A stretch of DNA of 64,000 nucleotides, from contig JBEPZM010000001.1 of NCBI GenBank assembly GCA_041640835.1, positions 25,098 through 89,097 of the forward strand, in the 5' to 3' direction. The first letter of the stretch is position 1. Each line of letters begins with the position of its first letter. Source of the stretch: Blastococcus sp. (lineage in GTDB: Bacteria; Actinomycetota; Actinomycetes; Mycobacteriales; Geodermatophilaceae). The position numbers and the translations under genes were made by a program. Below the pieces are notes generated by a model that had not been told where the DNA came from, searched no databases, and saw only the letters and a list, made by a program, of their open reading frames with translations. Below are positions 59,405-64,000 of the stretch, piece after piece.

Positions 59405-60292
59405 CTACTTCCAGCGGTTGATGAACTCGATCGCCGCGGGGTTGACGTCGTCCGGGTGCGAGGCGCTCAGGAAGTGCTGGCCGTCCTCGACGACGCGGAG
59501 CTCGGCGTCCGCGCTGTTGACGAAGAGCTCGATCTCCTCGCGGGCGTTGGCGGCGGAGTACACCCGATCCGCGGTGCCGTGCATCCACAGGACCGGGCAC
59601 CGCACGCTGTCGAGGCGGCTGTGCAGGCCGTCGCGGTCGCTCAGGTTGATGGTGCTGGTCCGCAGGCGCTGACGCCCGGCATCGCCGACGTAGTTCTGCT
59701 GGTGCGTCGTGTGCCAGAACGTGCGCTCCTCGGGTGGCACGTCATCGCCGAGACCCTCCGCGAGAACGGCGTCGACGAGTTCGGTCGGGATCACCCAGTC
59801 GTCGTCGACGCTCCCGGCGAGTGCGGCGATGGCCGGCGCGCAGAAGCCGACCCCGTCCCAGCATCCGAGGTTCCGGCTGCGCTGGCTCTCGGTGTCCATC
59901 GACGTGCCGAGCGGGACGATGCCCTTGACGGTGTCAGGGGCGAGCATGGCCATGCGGGCCGCTATCCACCCGCCTTGCGACGTGCCCAGGACGAACGCCT
60001 CGCGGATGCCGAGCGCGTCGAGCACCTGGAGGTTGGCGAGCGCGGAGTCCCAGTAGGTGAACTGCTCGTACGAGGCGCGGGTCCGGCCGTGACCGTACGG
60101 CTCGATGGCGAGCAGGTTGGCGGTGGCGGCGAGCCTCTCGTCCGCGAACTGGGGTCGGAACAGCTCCACCGAGGTGGTGAACGAGTTGACCATGACCAGC
60201 GTCGGGAGAGAGGCGTCGTAGGCCTTGCCGAGCTGATAGCCGATGGTCGAGGTGCCGAGATGGGGCACCGTGATCGTCTCTGCGTTGCTCAT
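59405..60292 (-). CDS. Alpha/beta hydrolase
   Basis: GHGRT, GTSQGG nucleophile elbow, HGTAD, GQHFL. Confidence 0.9.
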   Translation of the reverse strand: MSNAETITVPHLGTSTIGYQLGKAYDASLPTLVMVNSFTTSVELFRPQFADERLAATANLLAIEPYGHGRTRASYEQFTYWDSALANLQVLDALGIREAFVLGTSQGGWIAARMAMLAPDTVKGIVPLGTSMDTESQRSRNLGCWDGVGFCAPAIAALAGSVDDDWVIPTELVDAVLAEGLGDDVPPEERTFWHTTHQQNYVGDAGRQRLRTSTINLSDRDGLHSRLDSVRCPVLWMHGTADRVYSAANAREEIELFVNSADAELRVVEDGQHFLSASHPDDVNPAAIEFINRWK

Positions 60293-60499
60293 GTGCTCTC
60301 CCCGTTCCTAGGGACATGCACGGCGGTCGTCCGGAGGACGCTGGTCCGGTCATGCTGGCCCCGCGCTCAGCCACCGGTCAACCGCCCAGGGCTCGGATGC
60401 CGGCCGAGCGACGGGAGCACGCAGCAACGCCTTCCGGAGCCGGACCCCGTGCGGTGTGCTCATCACATCCGCCCACGGGGGCCGCTGGAGGTACACGGC

Positions 60500-62323
60500 A
60501 TGACGCAGACGCTGGACACACCCACCCACGCCCCCACGCAGCGGGCCGAGCGTTGGCTCGCCGACTTCGAGGAGGCGCTGCGCGCCCGGGACGTAGCGCG
60601 GGCCGCCGGCATGTTCGCGGCGACGAGCTTCTGGCGCGACCTGCTCGCCTTCACCTGGAACATCACCACCGTCGAGAACCCCGACGGCATCGCAGACCTG
60701 CTCGCAGAGACCCTCGAGCGGACCGACCCGACCGGCTTCGCCGTCGAGGAGCCGCCCGACGAGGCCGACGGGGTCACCACCGCCTGGTTCACCTTCGAGA
60801 CCGCTGTCGGTCGTGGCCGCGGCTTGCTGCGGCTGGTCGAGGAGGACGACCGGACGAAGGCGTGGACGTTCCTGACCACCCTCTACGAGCTGAAGGGTTT
60901 CGAGGAGCCCCGCGGGCCGGCCCGGCCGATGGGCGCCGAGCACGGCGCGAACAAGGAGCGCCTCACCTGGCTCGAGCGGCGGGAGAAGGAGGAGGCCGAA
61001 CTCGGCATCAGCGTCCAGCCCGATGTTCTGGTCATCGGGGGCGGGCAGGGCGGCATCGCGCTCGGCGCCCGGCTCCGCCAGCTCGGCGTGCCGGCGCTGG
61101 TCGTGGACAAGCACGACCGACCGGGAGACCAGTGGCGAGGCCGCTACAAGTCGCTGTGCCTGCACGACCCGGTCTGGTACGACCACCTGCCGTACCTGAA
61201 GTTCCCGGAGAACTGGCCGGTCTTCTCGCCCAAGGACAAGATCGGCGACTGGCTGGAGTCCTACGTCAGGGTCATGGAGATCCCGTACTGGGGGAGCACC
61301 GTCGCCACCAGTGCGAGCTACTCGCCCGAGCGGGGCGAGTGGACCGTCGAGGTCGAGCGGCACGGCAAGCCGCTCACGTTGCGGCCGAAGCAGGTCGTCC
61401 TGGCCACGGGGATGTCGGGCAAGCCGAACATCCCGGTCCTCCCGGGGCAGGACGTGTTCCGTGGCGACCAGCAGCACTCCTCGGCGCACCCCGGCCCGGA
61501 CGCCTACGCCGGCAAGAAGGTCGTCGTCATCGGCAGCAACAACTCCGCCTTCGACATCTGCGGCGCGCTGTGGGAGCACGACGCCGACGTGACGATGGTC
61601 CAGCGCTCGTCGACGCACATCGTCAAGAGCGCCACGCTCATGGACATCGGACTGGGGGCGCTGTACTCGGAGGAGGCGGTGGCCGCCGGGGTGACGACCG
61701 AGAAGGCGGATCTGATCTTCGCGTCGCTGCCGTACCGGATCATGCACGAGTTCCAGATCCCGCTGTACGAGCAGATGAAGGAACGCGACGCCGACTTCTA
61801 CGAGCGGCTGGAGAAGGCCGGCTTCTGGCACGACTGGGGCGAGGACGGCTCCGGCCTGTTCATGAAGTACCTGCGCCGCGGCTCCGGCTACTACATCGAC
61901 GTCGGTGCCGCCGACCTGGTGGCCGACGGGCACGTGAAGCTGGTCCGGGGCCAGGTGGACCACCTCACCGAGGACGCGGTCGTCCTCGCTGACGGCACCG
62001 AACTGCCGGCCGACCTCGTCGTCTACGCCACCGGATACGGGTCGATGAACGGCTGGGCGGCCGACCTGATCAGCCAGGAGGTGGCCGACACGGTGGGCAA
62101 GGTGTGGGGCCTGGGCTCGGACACGACCAAGGACCCCGGCCCGTGGGAGGGGGAGCAGCGCAACATGTGGAAGCCCACCCAGCAGGAAGCGCTGTGGTTC
62201 CACGGCGGCAATCTGCACCAGTCGCGGCACTACTCGCTCTACCTCGCCCTCCAGCTCAAGGCCCGGTACGAGGGGCTCCCGACCCCCGTCTACGGGCTGC
62301 AGGCGGTCCACCACCCCACATGA
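60500..62323 (+). CDS. Flavin-containing monooxygenase with N-terminal NTF2-like extension (type II FMO)
   Basis: FWRDLLAFTWN, GGGQGG, WRGRYKSLCLHDP, FRGDQQHSSAH, GSNNS, ATGY. Confidence 0.9.
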   Translation: MTQTLDTPTHAPTQRAERWLADFEEALRARDVARAAGMFAATSFWRDLLAFTWNITTVENPDGIADLLAETLERTDPTGFAVEEPPDEADGVTTAWFTFETAVGRGRGLLRLVEEDDRTKAWTFLTTLYELKGFEEPRGPARPMGAEHGANKERLTWLERREKEEAELGISVQPDVLVIGGGQGGIALGARLRQLGVPALVVDKHDRPGDQWRGRYKSLCLHDPVWYDHLPYLKFPENWPVFSPKDKIGDWLESYVRVMEIPYWGSTVATSASYSPERGEWTVEVERHGKPLTLRPKQVVLATGMSGKPNIPVLPGQDVFRGDQQHSSAHPGPDAYAGKKVVVIGSNNSAFDICGALWEHDADVTMVQRSSTHIVKSATLMDIGLGALYSEEAVAAGVTTEKADLIFASLPYRIMHEFQIPLYEQMKERDADFYERLEKAGFWHDWGEDGSGLFMKYLRRGSGYYIDVGAADLVADGHVKLVRGQVDHLTEDAVVLADGTELPADLVVYATGYGSMNGWAADLISQEVADTVGKVWGLGSDTTKDPGPWEGEQRNMWKPTQQEALWFHGGNLHQSRHYSLYLALQLKARYEGLPTPVYGLQAVHHPT

Positions 62324-62441
62324 CGGACACCGGCGCCGGGACCCTCCGCGGCGTTCGTATCGGAAGCTCCACACTCACCGGTTCCGCGGCCGGCCGCACC
62401 GGAGTTCACCCTGCCTCGGTGCATACCGAGCCGAGGCGCCC

Positions 62442-63548
62442 ATGACAGCCGGAGAACCCTCCGCCCGGGACGACGCGCGTACCCAAGCCGGCCCGCTGTG
62501 CCCGTTCTCGCTGAGCCTGTCGCCCATTGCGCGGCTGCTCAACCTCGAGTTGTCCGACGATCCGGTCTACGACGGCGTCGAGCTGCAGTGGTTCGACGAC
62601 GAGGTCCACGGCCGAGGCCTGCTCGCCTTCCTGTCCCGGCGGGCGGACCGGCGCGTGGACTACTACCTCCAGCGTGGTCTCCGGCTGGACGCGGCCGGCT
62701 ACGAGATCGGCGGAGGGATCGGGTCCTGGACCGAGACGGACTTCCGGGTCGGGCGGCTGGACATCGCCGAGGCCGGCGTCGATGCGGAGGTGGGGTTCAC
62801 CGACGTCGATGGTCGCTCGATCGACGTCCGCATCGACGACCGCGACGGCCGACGACGTCGCCGGGGGCAGCTGCTGGCGCCGGTCAGCGCGGGGATCGAC
62901 CGGCCCAAGGCACTGCTGCTCGTCTGGATGAGCGGATTCGACCTGGTCAGGGTCACCGACACGCGCCCCTCGATCCGCATCGACGGACGCGAGGCCTCCA
63001 CCGGACGGCTGCCCGGCGCCGGCCTGCACCGCCGGCACCTCATCAAGTACGCCGGGCCGGTCTCCGCCCTGGAGGTCAATCGGAGCCAGGATGGTCCCCT
63101 GCCGGCTGTGGGTCCAGGGCAGCACGTGGAACTCACACCGGACCGGTCCCGGATCGAGGCCGTCGTGCTCGAGGAGGACGGGCACCGCGCCCGGGTGGCC
63201 CTCGCCCCGGCGCTGCCGGACATCCGCCTTCTCGCGGACGCCGCGTCCGAGCAGGGGCGGTGGCACGTGGAGATCGACGGCGCCCGCCTGACCGGCGGTA
63301 CCTGGTCGGCGCGGCGTGACGGGAACCAGGTGACGCTCGGCCTGGACGTGACGGAGCGGTGGCGGCCAGGTCCCCTGCCGTGGCTGATGCGTCTGGTCAC
63401 CACCCTCGTCCCCGTCTTCCGCCGGTGGCCCACCACCTATCGCTGGCAGGCGGTCGTGCAGCTGGGTCCGGTCCCGACCATGGCGTCCCGATGGGAGCGC
63501 ATCGCGTCCAGCGGAGCGCAGGGGTATCGCCGCCTCACCCGGTCGTGA
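62442..63548 (+). CDS. Hypothetical protein
   Basis: 368-aa GC3-rich ORF with YDGVELQWFDD and FRRWPTTYRW motifs. Confidence 0.7.
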   Translation: MTAGEPSARDDARTQAGPLCPFSLSLSPIARLLNLELSDDPVYDGVELQWFDDEVHGRGLLAFLSRRADRRVDYYLQRGLRLDAAGYEIGGGIGSWTETDFRVGRLDIAEAGVDAEVGFTDVDGRSIDVRIDDRDGRRRRRGQLLAPVSAGIDRPKALLLVWMSGFDLVRVTDTRPSIRIDGREASTGRLPGAGLHRRHLIKYAGPVSALEVNRSQDGPLPAVGPGQHVELTPDRSRIEAVVLEEDGHRARVALAPALPDIRLLADAASEQGRWHVEIDGARLTGGTWSARRDGNQVTLGLDVTERWRPGPLPWLMRLVTTLVPVFRRWPTTYRWQAVVQLGPVPTMASRWERIASSGAQGYRRLTRS

Positions 63549-63553
63549 CCGGT

Positions 63554-64000
63554 ATGGACGACCGCGACGTCCGCCGGCGCGGTGTCGAGGTCCACCGCTT
63601 TCCTTCGAGCCGTCGACTGGTCACCGCCGCGGTGCGGGCGGGACGGCGGATCGCGCCGATGCACGGGCTGCTCGACGTCGACGTCACCGACGCCCGCCAG
63701 TTGCTCGACGCGCACGACCCACCGTTGTCGTTGACGGCGTTCGTCGTCGCCTCGGTGGCCCGGGCGGTGGCGACCCATCCGGAGGTCCACGCCTACCGGG
63801 ACTGGCGCGGACGACTGGTCCAGCACCGGCACGTCGACGTCCAGACCCTCGTCGAGGTCCCCACTGACCAGGGTGCCTTCGGTCTCGTCCACGTGGTCCG
63901 CGACGCCGAGGTGCGAGATGTCATCGAGGTCAGCCGAGAACTCAGAGCGGTCAAGGCGAGCCCGGCGTCCACGGCTTCGGGCCGTGCGCTGGCCGGCTTC
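63554..64000 (+). CDS. 2-oxoacid dehydrogenase E2-like acyltransferase, catalytic domain only (runs off window end)
   Basis: My translation: MDDRDV...FPSSRRLV...MHGLLDVDVTDAR...SLTAFVVASVARAVATHPEVHA...VVRDAE. Confidence 0.8.
   Translation, partial: MDDRDVRRRGVEVHRFPSSRRLVTAAVRAGRRIAPMHGLLDVDVTDARQLLDAHDPPLSLTAFVVASVARAVATHPEVHAYRDWRGRLVQHRHVDVQTLVEVPTDQGAFGLVHVVRDAEVRDVIEVSRELRAVKASPASTASGRALAGF

Overview
Very GC-rich actinobacterial chromosomal segment; by eye about 70-75% GC, and gene content and leaderless TANNNT promoters suggest Geodermatophilaceae, which is an inference. About 60 CDS; no rRNA, tRNA, CRISPR array, integrase or transposase seen. The flanks (1-27.6 kb and 38.7-64 kb) are mostly catabolic, redox, transport and regulatory genes: a PAS/GAF/degenerate REC-HD-GYP signalling operon, ALDH-kinase operon, MarR-MFS, BVMO-esterase fusion with acyl-CoA synthetase, serA, a divergently split form-II CoxL/SM molybdoenzyme, class-II UvrA, GH2 beta-galactosidase, XRE-DUF5753, a SigG-type ECF sigma with three matching promoters, TetR-LLM-MFS, a type II FMO, and an internally deleted glutaminase pseudogene. 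The most unusual part is an accessory block at about 27.7-38.6 kb. It holds two translationally coupled operons built around a diverged paralogue pair of Trp-rich unknown proteins, with a CxxC...RTLCDxH zinc finger that is fused in one copy and split off in the other. It also holds a phage-type QVKEKFG protein, a DUF6919-like protein, an HTH protein, an NT5C nucleotidase, an LRV-repeat protein, a TM0106 (Cas4/RecB-like + DEDD) nuclease and a low-GC PD-(D/E)XK nuclease. This block is a candidate uncharacterised defence or DNA-processing system. All family assignments come from motif recognition by eye, not database searches.
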